From the NCBI GenBank assembly GCA_964016885.1, contig OZ024742.1, positions 378,076,001 through 378,140,000 of the forward strand: a stretch of DNA of 64,000 nucleotides, read 5' to 3'. Made by a program: the position numbers and the translations under genes. Numbering within the stretch: position 1 is the stretch's first letter; each line of letters starts with the position of its first letter. The DNA is from Eledone cirrhosa (taxonomy: Eukaryota). Below, piece after piece: positions 26,601 to 39,200 of the stretch. The notes under the pieces were generated by a model. It was not told where the DNA came from and did no database searches. It worked only from the letters and a program-made list of their open reading frames with translations.

Positions 26601-27202
26601 TCTGTAGAGGTAGTTTAACGAGTGACAGAAGTAGAAATATATTCTAGTCTTCTGTAGAGATTGTTTAACACGTGACAGGAGTAGAAATATGTTCTAGTCT
26701 TCTGTAGAGATAGTTTAACAAGTGACAGAAGTAGAAATATGTTCTAGTCTTCTGTAGAGATATTTTAACAAGTGACAGATGTAGAAATATGTTCTAGTCT
26801 TCGGTAGAGATAGTTTAACATGTAACAGAAGTAGAAATATGTTCTAGTCTTCTGTAGAGATAGTTTAACAAGGGACAGAAGTAGAAATATGTTCTAGTCT
26901 TCTGTAGAGATAGTTTAACAAGGGACAGAAGTAGAAATATGTTCTAGTCTTCTGTAGAGATTGTTTAACAAGTGACAGATGTAGAAATATGTTCTAGTCT
27001 TCTGTAGAGATAGTTTAACAAGTGACAGATTTAGAAATATGTTCTAGTCTTCTGTAGAGATAGTTTAAAAAGGGACAGAAGTAGAAATATGTTCTAGTCT
27101 TCTGTAGAGATAGTTTAACAAGTGACAGATTTAGAAATATGTTCTAGTCTTCTGTAGAGATAGTTTAAAAAGGGACAGAAGTAGAAATATGTTCTAGTCT
27201 TC
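17619..27202 (+). repeat. Three near-identical tandem copies of a 3185-bp (63-monomer) super-repeat within the satellite
   Basis: The rare marker TCGGTAG occurs at 20431, 23616 and 26801 (spacing 3185), and the flanking variant order is the same. Only isolated private SNPs were seen, such as TATAGAG near 22661, GTTACATG near 24763 and TATTTTAAC at 26761. Confidence 0.92.
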
Positions 27203-30200
27203 TGTAGAGGTAGTTTAACGAGTGACAGAAGTAGAAATATGTTCTAGTCTTCAGTAGAGATAGTTTAACAAGCGACAGAAGTAGAAATATGTTCTAGTCT
27301 TCTGTAGAGATAGTTTAACAAGTGACAGATTTAGAAATATGTTCTAGTCTTCTGTAGAGATAGTTTAAAAAGCGACAGAAGAAGAAATATGTTCTAGTCT
27401 TCTGTAGAGATAGTTTAACAAGTAGCAGAAGTAAAAATATGTTCTAGTCTTCTGTAGAGATAGTTTAACAAGCGACAGAAGTAGAAATATGTTCTATGTT
27501 CTAGTCTTCTGTAGAGATAGTTTAACAAGTGACAGAAGCAGAAATATGTTCTAGTCTTCTGTAGAGATAGTTTAACAAGTGACAATAGTAGAAATATGTT
27601 CTAGTCTTCTGCAGAGATAGTTTAACAAGGGACAGAAGTAGAAATATGTTCTAGTCTTCTGTAGAGATTGTTTAACAAGTGACAGATGTAGAAATATGTT
27701 CTAGTCTTCTGTAGAGATAGTTTAACAAGTGACAGAATTAGTAATATGTTCTAGCCTTCTGTAGAGATAGTTTAACAAGTGACAGAAGTAAGAATATGTT
27801 CTAGTCTTCTGTAGAGGTAGTTTAACAAGTGACACAAGTAGAAATATGTTATATGTTCTAGTCTTCTGTAGAGATAGTTTAACAATTGACAGAAGTAGAA
27901 ATATGTTCTAGTCTTCTGTAGAGATAGTTTAACAAGTGACAGAAGTAGAAATATGTTCTACTCTTCTGTAGAGGTAGTTTAACAAGTGACAGAAGTAGAA
28001 ATATGTTCTAGTCTTCAGTAGAGATAGTTTAACAAGCGACAGAAGTAGAAATATGTTCTAGTCTTCTGTAGAGATAGTTTAACAAGTGACAGAAGTAGAA
28101 ATATGTTCTTGTCTTCTGTAGAGGTAGTTTAACGAGTGACAGAAGTAGAAATATGTTCTAGTCTTCAGTAGAGATAGTTTAACAAGCGACAGAAGTAGAA
28201 ATATGTTCTAGTCTTCTGTAGAGATAGTTTAACAAGTGACAGATTTAGAAATATGTTCTAGTCTTCTGTAGAGATAGTTTAAAAAGGGACAGAAGAAGAA
28301 ATATGTTCTAGTCTTCTGTAGAGATAGTTTAACAAGTAGCAGAAGTAAAAATATGTTCTAGTCTTCTGTAGAGATAGTTTAACAAGCGACAGAAGTAGAA
28401 ATATGTTCTATGTTCTAGTCTTCTGTAGAGATAGTTTAACAAGTGACAGAAGCAGAAATATGTTCTAGTCTTCTGTAGAGATAGTTTAACAAGTGACAAT
28501 AGTAGAAATATGTTCTAGTCTTCTGTAGAGATAGTTTAACAAGGGACAGAAGTAGAAATATGTTCTAGTCTTCTGTAGAGATTGTTTAACAAGTGACAGA
28601 TGTAGAAATATGTTCTAGTCTTCTGTAGAGATAGTTTAACAAGTGACAGAATTAGTAATATGTTCTAGCCTTCTGTAGAGGTAGTTTAACAAGTGACACA
28701 AGTAGAAATATGTTATATGTTCTAGTCTTCTGTAGAGATAGTTTAACAATTGACAGAAGTAGAAATATGTTCTAGTCTTCTGTAGAGATAGTTTAACAAG
28801 TGACAGAAGTAGAAATATGTTCTACTCTTCTGTAGAGGTAGTTTAACAAGTGACAGAAGTAGAAATATGTTCTAGTCTTCTGTAGAGATAGTTTAACATG
28901 TGCCAGAAGTAGAAATATGTTCTAGTCTTCTGTAGAGATAGTTTAACAAGTGACAGAAGTAGAAATATGTTCTTGTCTTCTGTAGAGGTAGTTTAACGAG
29001 TGACAGAAGTAGAAATATGTTCTAGTCCTCTGTAGAGATAGTTTAACAAGTGACAGAAGTAGAAATATGTTCTACTCTTCTGTAGAGGTAGTTTAACAAG
29101 TGACAGAAGTAGAAATATGTTCTTGTCTTCTGTAGAGGTAGTTTAACGAGTGACAGAAGTAGAAATATGTTCTAGTCTTCAGTAGAGATAGTTTAACAAG
29201 CGACAGAAGTAGAAATATATTCTAGTCTTCTGTAGAGATAGTTTAACAAGTGACAGATTTAGAAATATGTTCTAGTCTTCTGTAGAGATAGTTTAAAAAG
29301 GGACAGAAGAAGAAATATGTTCTAGTCTTCTGTAGAGATAGTTTAACAAGTAGCAGAAGTAAAAATATGTTCTAGTCTTCTGTAGAGATAGTTTAACAAG
29401 CGACAGAAGTAGAAATATGTTCTATGTTCTAGTCTTCTGTAGAGATAGTTTAACAAGTGACAGAAGCAGAAATATGTTCTAGTCTTCTGTAGAGATAGTT
29501 TAACAAGTGACAATAGTAGAAATATGTTCTAGTCTTCTGTAGAGATAGTTTAACAAGGGACAGAAGTAGAAATATGTTCTAGTCTTCTGTAGAGATTGTT
29601 TAACAAGTGACAGATGTAGAAATATGTTCTAGTCTTCTGTAGAGATAGTTTAACAAGTGACAGAATTAGTAATATGTTCTAGCCTTCTGTAGAGAAAGTT
29701 TAACAAGTGACAGAAGTAAAAATATGTTCTAGTCTTCTGTAGAGGTAGTTTAACAAGTGACACAAGTAGAAATATGTTCTATGTTCTAGTCTTCTGTAGA
29801 GATAGTTTAACAATTGACAGAAGTAGAAATATGTTCTAGTCTTCTGTAGAGATAGTTTAACAAGTGACAGAAGTAGAAATATGTTCTACTCTTCTGTAGA
29901 GGTAGTTTAACAAGTGACAGAAGTAAAAATATGTTCTAGTCTTCTGTAGAGGTAGTTTAACAAGTGACACAAGTAGAAATATGTTCTATGTTCTAGTCTT
30001 CTGTAGAGATAGTTTAACAATTGACAGAAGAAGAAATATGTTCTAGTCTTCTGTAGAGATAGTTTAACAAGTGACAGAAGTAAAAATATGTTCTAGTCTT
30101 CTGTAGAGGTAGTTTAACAAGTGACACAAGTAGAAATATGTTCTATGTTCTAGTCTTCTGTAGAGATAGTTTAACAATTGACAGAAGTAGAAATATGTTC

Positions 30201-33200
30201 TAGTCTTCTGTAGAGATAGTTTAACAAGTGACAGAAGTAGAAATATGTTCTACTCTTCTGTAGAGGTAGTTTAACAAGTGACAGAAGTAGAAATATGTTC
30301 TAGTCTTGTGTAGAGATAGTTTAACAAGTGACAGAAGTAGAAATATGTTCTAGTCTTCTGTAGAGATAGTTTAACATGTGACAGAAGTAGAAATATATTC
30401 TAGTCTTCTGTAGAGATAGTTTACCACGTGACAGGAGTAGAAATATGTTCTAGACTTCTGTAGAGATAGTTTAACAAGTGACAGAAGTAGAAATATGTTC
30501 TAGTCTTCTGTAGAGATAGTTTAACAAGTGACAGAAGTAGAAATATGTTCTAGTCTTCTGTAGAGATAGTTTAACATGTGACAGAAGTAGAAATATGTTC
30601 TTGTCTTCTGTAGAGGTAGTTTAACGAGTGACAGAAGTGGAAATATATTCTAGTCTTCTGTAGAGATAGTTTAACACGTGACAGGAGTAGAAATATGTTC
30701 TAGTCTTCTGTAGAGATAGTTTAACAAGTGACAGAAGTAGAAACAAGTCCTAGTCTTCTGTGGAGATAGTTTAACAAGTGACAGAAGTAGAAATATGTTC
30801 TTGTCTTCTGTAGAGGTAGTTTAACGAGTGACAGAAGTAGAAATATGTTCTAGTATTCAGTAGAGATAGTTTAACAAGCGACAAAAGTAGAAATATGTTC
30901 TAGTCATCTGTAGAGATAGTTTAACAAGTGACAGAAGTAGAAATATGTTCTAGTCTTCTGTAGAGATAGTTTAACAAGCGACAGAAGTAGAAATATGTTC
31001 TATGTTCTAGTCTTCTGTAGAGATAGTTTAACAAGGGACAGAAGTAGAAATATGTTCTAGTCTTCTGTAGAGATAGTGTAACAAGTGACAGAAGTAGAAA
31101 TATTTTCTAGTCTTCTGTAGAGGTAGTTTAACAAGTGACAGATGTAGAAATATGTTCTAGTCTTCTGTAGAGACAGTTTAACAAGTAACAGAAGTAGAAA
31201 TATGTTCTAGTCTTCTGTAGAGATAGTTTAACAAGTGACAGTAGTAGAAATATGTTCTAGTCTTCTGTAGAGATAGGTTAACAAGGGACAGAAGTAGAAA
31301 TATGTTCTAGTCTTCTCTAGAGATTGTTTAACAAGTGACAGATGTAGAAGTATGTTCTAGTCTTCTGTAGAGATAGTTTAACAAGTGACAGAAGTAGAAA
31401 TATGTTCTAGTCTTCTGTAGAGATAGTTTAACAAGTGATAGAAGTAGAAATATGTTCTAGTCTTCTGTAGAGATAGTTTAACAAGTAACAGATGTAGAAA
31501 TATGTTCTAGTCTTCTGTAGAGATAGTTTAACAAGTGACAGAAGTAGAAATATGTTCTAGTCTTCTGTAGAGATAGTTTAACAAGTGACAGAAGTAGAAA
31601 TATGTTCTAGTCTTCTGTAGAGATAGTTTAACATGTGACAGAAGTAGAAATATGTTCTTGTCTTCTGTAGAGGTAGTTTAACGAGTGACAGAAGTAGAAA
31701 TATATTCTAGTCTTCTGTAGAGATTGTTTAACACGTGACAGGAGTAGAAATATGTTCTAGTCTTCTGTAGAGATAGTTTAACAAGTGACAGAAGTAGAAA
31801 TATGTTCTAGTCTTCTGTAGAGATAGTTTAACAAGCGACAGAAGTAGAAATATGTTCTATGTTCTAGTCTTCTGTAGAGATAGTTTAACAAGTGACAGAA
31901 GCAGAAATATGTTCTAGTCTTCTGTAGAGATAGTTTAACAAGTGACAATAGTAGAAATATGTTCTAGTCTTCTGCAGAGATAGTTTAACAAGGGACAGAA
32001 GTAGAAATATGTTCTAGTCTTCTGTAGAGATTGTTTAACAAGTGACAGATGTAGAAATATGTTCTAGTCTTCTTTAGAGATAGTTTAACAAGTGACAGAA
32101 TTAGTAATATGTTCTAGCCTTCTGTAGAGATAGTTTAACAAGTGACAGAAGTAAGAATATGTTCTAGTCTTCTGTAGAGGTAGTTTAACAAGTGACACAA
32201 GTAGAAATATGTTATATGTTCTAGTCTTCTGTAGAGATAGTTTAACAATTGACAGAAGTAGAAATATGTTCTAGTCTTCTGTAGAGATAGTTTAACAAGT
32301 GACAGAAGTAGAAATATGTTCTACTCTTCTGTAGAGGTAGTTTAACAAGTGACAGAAGTAGAAATATGTTCTAGTCTTCAGTAGAGATAGTTTAACAAGC
32401 GACAGAAGTAGAAATATGTTCTAGTCTTCTGTAGAGATAGTTTAACAAGTGACAGAAGTAGAAATATGTTCTTGTCTTCTGTAGAGGTAGTTTAACGAGT
32501 GACAGAAGTAGAAATATGTTCTAGTCTTCAGTAGAGATAGTTTAACAAGCGACAGAAGTAGAAATATGTTCTAGTCTTCTGTAGAGATAGTTTAACAAGT
32601 GACAGATTTAGAAATATGTTCTAGTCTTCTGTAGAGATAGTTTAAAAAGGGACAGAAGAAGAAATATGTTCTAGTCTTCTGTAGAGATAGTTTAACAAGT
32701 AGCAGAAGTAAAAATATGTTCTAGTCTTCTGTAGAGATAGTTTAACAAGCGACAGAAGTAGAAATATGTTCTATGTTCTAGTCTTCTGTAGAGATAGTTT
32801 AACAAGTGACAGAAGCAGAAATATGTTCTAGTCTTCTGTAGAGATAGTTTAACAAGTGACAATAGTAGAAATATGTTCTAGTCTTCTGTAGAGATAGTTT
32901 AACAAGGGACAGAAGTAGAAATATGTTCTAGTCTTCTGTAGAGATTGTTTAACAAGTGACAGATGTAGAAATATGTTCTAGTCTTCTGTAGAGATAGTTT
33001 AACAAGTGACAGAATTAGTAATATGTTCTAGCCTTCTGTAGAGGTAGTTTAACAAGTGACACAAGTAGAAATATGTTATATGTTCTAGTCTTCTGTAGAG
33101 ATAGTTTAACAATTGACAGAAGTAGAAATATGTTCTAGTCTTCTGTAGAGATAGTTTAACAAGTGACAGAAGTAGAAATATGTTCTACTCTTCTGTAGAG

Positions 33201-36200
33201 GTAGTTTAACAAGTGACAGAAGTAGAAATATGTTCTAGTCTTCTGTAGAGATAGTTTAACATGTGCCAGAAGTAGAAATATGTTCTAGTCTTCTGTAGAG
33301 ATAGTTTAACAAGTGACAGAAGTAGAAATATGTTCTTGTCTTCTGTAGAGGTAGTTTAACGAGTGACAGAAGTAGAAATATGTTCTAGTCCTCTGTAGAG
33401 ATAGTTTAACAAGTGACAGAAGTAGAAATATGTTCTACTCTTCTGTAGAGGTAGTTTAACAAGTGACAGAAGTAGAAATATGTTCTTGTCTTCTGTAGAG
33501 GTAGTTTAACGAGTGACAGAAGTAGAAATATGTTCTAGTCTTCAGTAGAGATAGTTTAACAAGCGACAGAAGTAGAAATATATTCTAGTCTTCTGTAGAG
33601 ATAGTTTAACAAGTGACAGATTTAGAAATATGTTCTAGTCTTCTGTAGAGATAGTTTAAAAAGGGACAGAAGAAGAAATATGTTCTAGTCTTCTGTAGAG
33701 ATAGTTTAACAAGTAGCAGAAGTAAAAATATGTTCTAGTCTTCTGTAGAGATAGTTTAACAAGCGACAGAAGTAGAAATATGTTCTATGTTCTAGTCTTC
33801 TGTAGAGATAGTTTAACAAGTGACAGAAGCAGAAATATGTTCTAGTCTTCTGTAGAGATAGTTTAACAAGTGACAATAGTAGAAATATGTTCTAGTCTTC
33901 TGTAGAGATAGTTTAACAAGGGACAGAAGTAGAAATATGTTCTAGTCTTCTGTAGAGATTGTTTAACAAGTGACAGATGTAGAAATATGTTCTAGTCTTC
34001 TGTAGAGATAGTTTAACAAGTGACAGAATTAGTAATATGTTCTAGCCTTCTGTAGAGAAAGTTTAACAAGTGACAGAAGTAAAAATATGTTCTAGTCTTC
34101 TGTAGAGGTAGTTTAACAAGTGACACAAGTAGAAATATGTTCTATGTTCTAGTCTTCTGTAGAGATAGTTTAACAATTGACAGAAGTAGAAATATGTTCT
34201 AGTCTTCTGTAGAGATAGTTTAACAAGTGACAGAAGTAGAAATATGTTCTACTCTTCTGTAGAGGTAGTTTAACAAGTGACAGAAGTAAAAATATGTTCT
34301 AGTCTTCTGTAGAGGTAGTTTAACAAGTGACACAAGTAGAAATATGTTCTATGTTCTAGTCTTCTGTAGAGATAGTTTAACAATTGACAGAAGAAGAAAT
34401 ATGTTCTAGTCTTCTGTAGAGATAGTTTAACAAGTGACAGAAGTAAAAATATGTTCTAGTCTTCTGTAGAGGTAGTTTAACAAGTGACACAAGTAGAAAT
34501 ATGTTCTATGTTCTAGTCTTCTGTAGAGATAGTTTAACAATTGACAGAAGTAGAAATATGTTCTAGTCTTCTGTAGAGATAGTTTAACAAGTGACAGAAG
34601 TAGAAATATGTTCTACTCTTCTGTAGAGGTAGTTTAACAAGTGACAGAAGTAGAAATATGTTCTAGTCTTGTGTAGAGATAGTTTAACAAGTGACAGAAG
34701 TAGAAATATGTTCTAGTCTTCTGTAGAGATAGTTTAACATGTGACAGAAGTAGAAATATATTCTAGTCTTCTGTAGAGATAGTTTACCACGTGACAGGAG
34801 TAGAAATATGTTCTAGACTTCTGTAGAGATAGTTTAACAAGTGACAGAAGTAGAAATATGTTCTAGTCTTCTGTAGAGATAGTTTAACAAGTGACAGAAG
34901 TAGAAATATGTTCTAGTCTTCTGTAGAGATAGTTTAACATGTGACAGAAGTAGAAATATGTTCTTGTCTTCTGTAGAGGTAGTTTAACGAGTGACAGAAG
35001 TGGAAATATATTCTAGTCTTCTGTAGAGATAGTTTAACACGTGACAGGAGTAGAAATATGTTCTAGTCTTCTGTAGAGATAGTTTAACAAGTGACAGAAG
35101 TAGAAACAAGTCCTAGTCTTCTGTGGAGATAGTTTAACAAGTGACAGAAGTAGAAATATGTTCTTGTCTTCTGTAGAGGTAGTTTAACGAGTGACAGAAG
35201 TAGAAATATGTTCTAGTATTCAGTAGAGATAGTTTAACAAGCGACAAAAGTAGAAATATGTTCTAGTCATCTGTAGAGATAGTTTAACAAGTGACAGAAG
35301 TAGAAATATGTTCTAGTCTTCTGTAGAGATAGTTTAACAAGCGACAGAAGTAGAAATATGTTCTATGTTCTAGTCTTCTGTAGAGATAGTTTAACAAGGG
35401 ACAGAAGTAGAAATATGTTCTAGTCTTCTGTAGAGATAGTGTAACAAGTGACAGAAGTAGAAATATTTTCTAGTCTTCTGTAGAGGTAGTTTAACAAGTG
35501 ACAGATGTAGAAATATGTTCTAGTCTTCTGTAGAGACAGTTTAACAAGTAACAGAAGTAGAAATATGTTCTAGTCTTCTGTAGAGATAGTTTAACAAGTG
35601 ACAGTAGTAGAAATATGTTCTAGTCTTCTGTAGAGATAGGTTAACAAGGGACAGAAGTAGAAATATGTTCTAGTCTTCTCTAGAGATTGTTTAACAAGTG
35701 ACAGATGTAGAAGTATGTTCTAGTCTTCTGTAGAGATAGTTTAACAAGTGACAGAAGTAGAAATATGTTCTAGTCTTCTGTAGAGATAGTTTAACAAGTG
35801 ATAGAAGTAGAAATATGTTCTAGTCTTCTGTAGAGATAGTTTAACAAGTAACAGATGTAGAAATATGTTCTAGTCTTCTGTAGAGATAGTTTAACAAGTG
35901 ACAGAAGTAGAAATATGTTCTAGTCTTCTGTAGAGATAGTTTAACAAGTGACAGAAGTAGAAATATGTTCTAGTCTTCTGTAGAGATAGTTTAACATGTG
36001 ACAGAAGTAGAAATATGTTCTTGTCTTCTGTAGAGGTAGTTTAACGAGTGACAGAAGTAGAAATATATTCTAGTCTTCTGTAGAGATTGTTTAACACGTG
36101 ACAGGAGTAGAAATATGTTCTAGTCTTCTGTAGAGATAGTTTAACAAGTGACAGAAGTAGAAATATGTTCTAGTCTTCTGTAGAGATAGTTTAACAAGTG

Positions 36201-39200
36201 ACAGATGTAGAAATATGTTCTAGTCTTCGGTAGAGATAGTTTAACATGTAACAGAAGTAGAAATATGTTCTAGTCTTCTGTAGAGATAGTTTAACAAGGG
36301 ACAGAAGTAGAAATATGTTCTAGTCTTCTGTAGAGATAGTTTAACAAGGGACAGAAGTAGAAATATGTTCTAGTCTTCTGTAGAGATTGTTTAACAAGTG
36401 ACAGATGTAGAAATATGTTCTAGTCTTCTGTAGAGATAGTTTAACAAGTGACAGATTTAGAAATATGTTCTAGTCTTCTGTAGAGATAGTTTAAAAAGGG
36501 ACAGAAGTAGAAATATGTTCTAGTCTTCTGTAGAGATAGTTTAACAAGTGACAGATTTAGAAATATGTTCTAGTCTTCTGTAGAGATAGTTTAAAAAGGG
36601 ACAGAAGTAGAAATATGTTCTAGTCTTCTGTAGAGATAGTTTAACAAGTAGCAGAAGTAAAAATATGTTCTAGTCTTCTGTAGAGATAGTTTAACAAGCG
36701 ACAGAAGTAGAAATATGTTCTATGTTCTAGTCTTGTGTAGAGATAGTTTAACAAGTGACAGAAGTAGAAATATGTTCTAGTCTTCTGTAGAGATAGTTTA
36801 ACACGTGACAGGAGTAGAAATATGTTCTAGTCTTCTGTAGAGGTAGTTTAACAAGTGACACAAGTAGAAATATGTTCTATGTTCTAGTCTTCTGTCGAGA
36901 TAGTTTAACAAGTGACAGAAGTAGAAATATGTTCTAGTCTTCTGTAGAGATAGTTTAACACGTGACAGGAGTAGAAATATGTTCTAGTCTTCTGTAGAGG
37001 TAGTTTAACAAGTGACACAAGTAGAAATATGTTCTATGTTCTAGTCTTCTGTAGAGATAGTTTCACATGTGACAGAAGTAGAAATATGTTCTAGTCTTCT
37101 GTAGAGATAGTTCAACACGTGACAAGAGTAGAATTATGTTCTAGTCTTCTGTAGAGATAGTTTAACAAGTGAGAGAAGTAGAAATATGTTCTTGTCTTCT
37201 GTAGAGGTAGTTTAACGAGTGACAGAAGTAGAAATATGTTCTAGTCCTCTGTAGAGATAGTTTAACAAGCGACAGAAGTTGAAATATGTTCTATGTTCTA
37301 GTCTTCTGTAGAGATAGTTTAACAAGTGACAGAAGTAGAAATATGTTCTAGTCTTCTGTAGAGATAGTTTAACAAGTGACAGAAGTAGAAATATGTTCTA
37401 GTCTTCTGTAGAGATAGTTTAACAAGGGACAGAATTAGAAATATGTTCTAGTCTTCTGTAGAGATAGTTTAACAAGTGACAGAAGTAGAAATATGTTGTA
37501 GTCTTCTGTAGAGATAGTTTAACAAGTGACAGAAGTAGAAATATGCCATAGTCTTCTGTGGAGATAGTTTAACAAGTGACAGAAGTAGAAATATGTTCTA
37601 GTCTTCGGTAGAGATAGTTTAACATGTAACAGAAGTAGAAATATGTTCTAGTCTTCTGTAGAGATAGTTTAACAAGGGACAGAAGTAGAAATATGTTCTA
37701 GTCTTCTGTAGAGATAGTTTAACAAGGGACAGAAGTAGAAATATGTTCTAGTCATCTGTAGAGATTGTTTAACAAGTGACAGATGTAGAAATATGTTCTA
37801 GTCTTCTGTAGAGATAGGTTAACAAGTGACAGATTTAGAAATATGTTCTAGTCTTCTGTAGAGATAGTTTAAAAAGGGACAGAAGTAGAAATATGTTCTA
37901 GTCTTCTGTAGAGATAGTTTAACAAGTGACAGATTTAGAAATATGTTCTAGTCTTCTGTAGAGATAGTTTAAAAAGGGACAGAAGTAGAAATATGTTCTA
38001 GTCTTCTGTAGAGATAGTTTAACAAGTAGCAGAAGTAAAAATATGTTCTAGTCTTCTGTAGAGATAGTTTAACAAGCGACAGAAGTAGAAATATGTTCTA
38101 TGTTCTAGTCTTGTGTAGAGATAGTTTAACAAGTGACAGAAGTAGAAATATGTTCTAGTCTTCTGTAGAGATAGTTTAACACGTGACAGGAGTAGAAATA
38201 TGTTCTAGTCTTCTGTAGAGGTAGTTTAACAAGTGACACAAGTAGAAATATGTTCTATGTTCTAGTCTTCTGTCGAGATAGTTTAACAAGTGACAGAAGT
38301 AGAAATATGTTCTAGTCTTCTGTAGAGATAGTTTAACACGTGACAGGAGTAGAAATATGTTCTAGTCTTCTGTAGAGGTAGTTTAACAAGTGACACAAGT
38401 AGAAATATGTTCTATGTTCTAGTCTTCTGTAGAGATAGTTTCACATGTGACAGAAGTAGAAATATGTTCTAGTCTTCTGTAGAGATAGTTCAACACGTGA
38501 CAAGAGTAGAATTATGTTCTAGTCTTCTGTAGAGATAGTTTAACAAGTGAGAGAAGTAGAAATATGTTCTTGTCTTCTGTAGAGGTAGTTTAACGAGTGA
38601 CAGAAGTAGAAATATGTTCTAGTCCTCTGTAGAGATAGTTTAACAAGCGACAGAAGTTGAAATATGTTCTATGTTCTAGTCTTCTGTAGAGATAGTTTAA
38701 CAAGTGACAGAAGTAGAAATATGTTCTAGTCTTGTGTAGAGATAGTTTAACAAGTGACAGAAGTAGAAATATGTTCTAGTCTTCTGTAGAGATAGTTTAA
38801 CAAGGGACAGAATTAGAAATATGTTCTAGTCTTCTGTAGAGATAGTTTAACAAGTGACAGAAGTAGAAATATGTTGTAGTCTTCTGTAGAGATAGTTTAA
38901 CAAGTGACAGAAGTAGAAATATGCCATAGTCTTCTGTGGAGATAGTTTAACAAGTGACAGAAGTAGAAATATGTTCTTGTCTTCTGTAGAGGTAGTTTAA
39001 CGAGTGACAGAAGTAGAAATATGTTCTAGTCTTCAGTAGAGATAGTTTAACAAGCGACAGAAGTAGAAATATGTTCTAGTCTTCTGTAGAGATAGTTTAA
39101 CAAGTGACAGATTTAGAAATATGTTCTAGTCTTCTGTAGAGATAGTTTAAAAAGGGACAGAAGAAGAAATATGTTCTAGTCTTCTGTAGAGATAGTTTAA

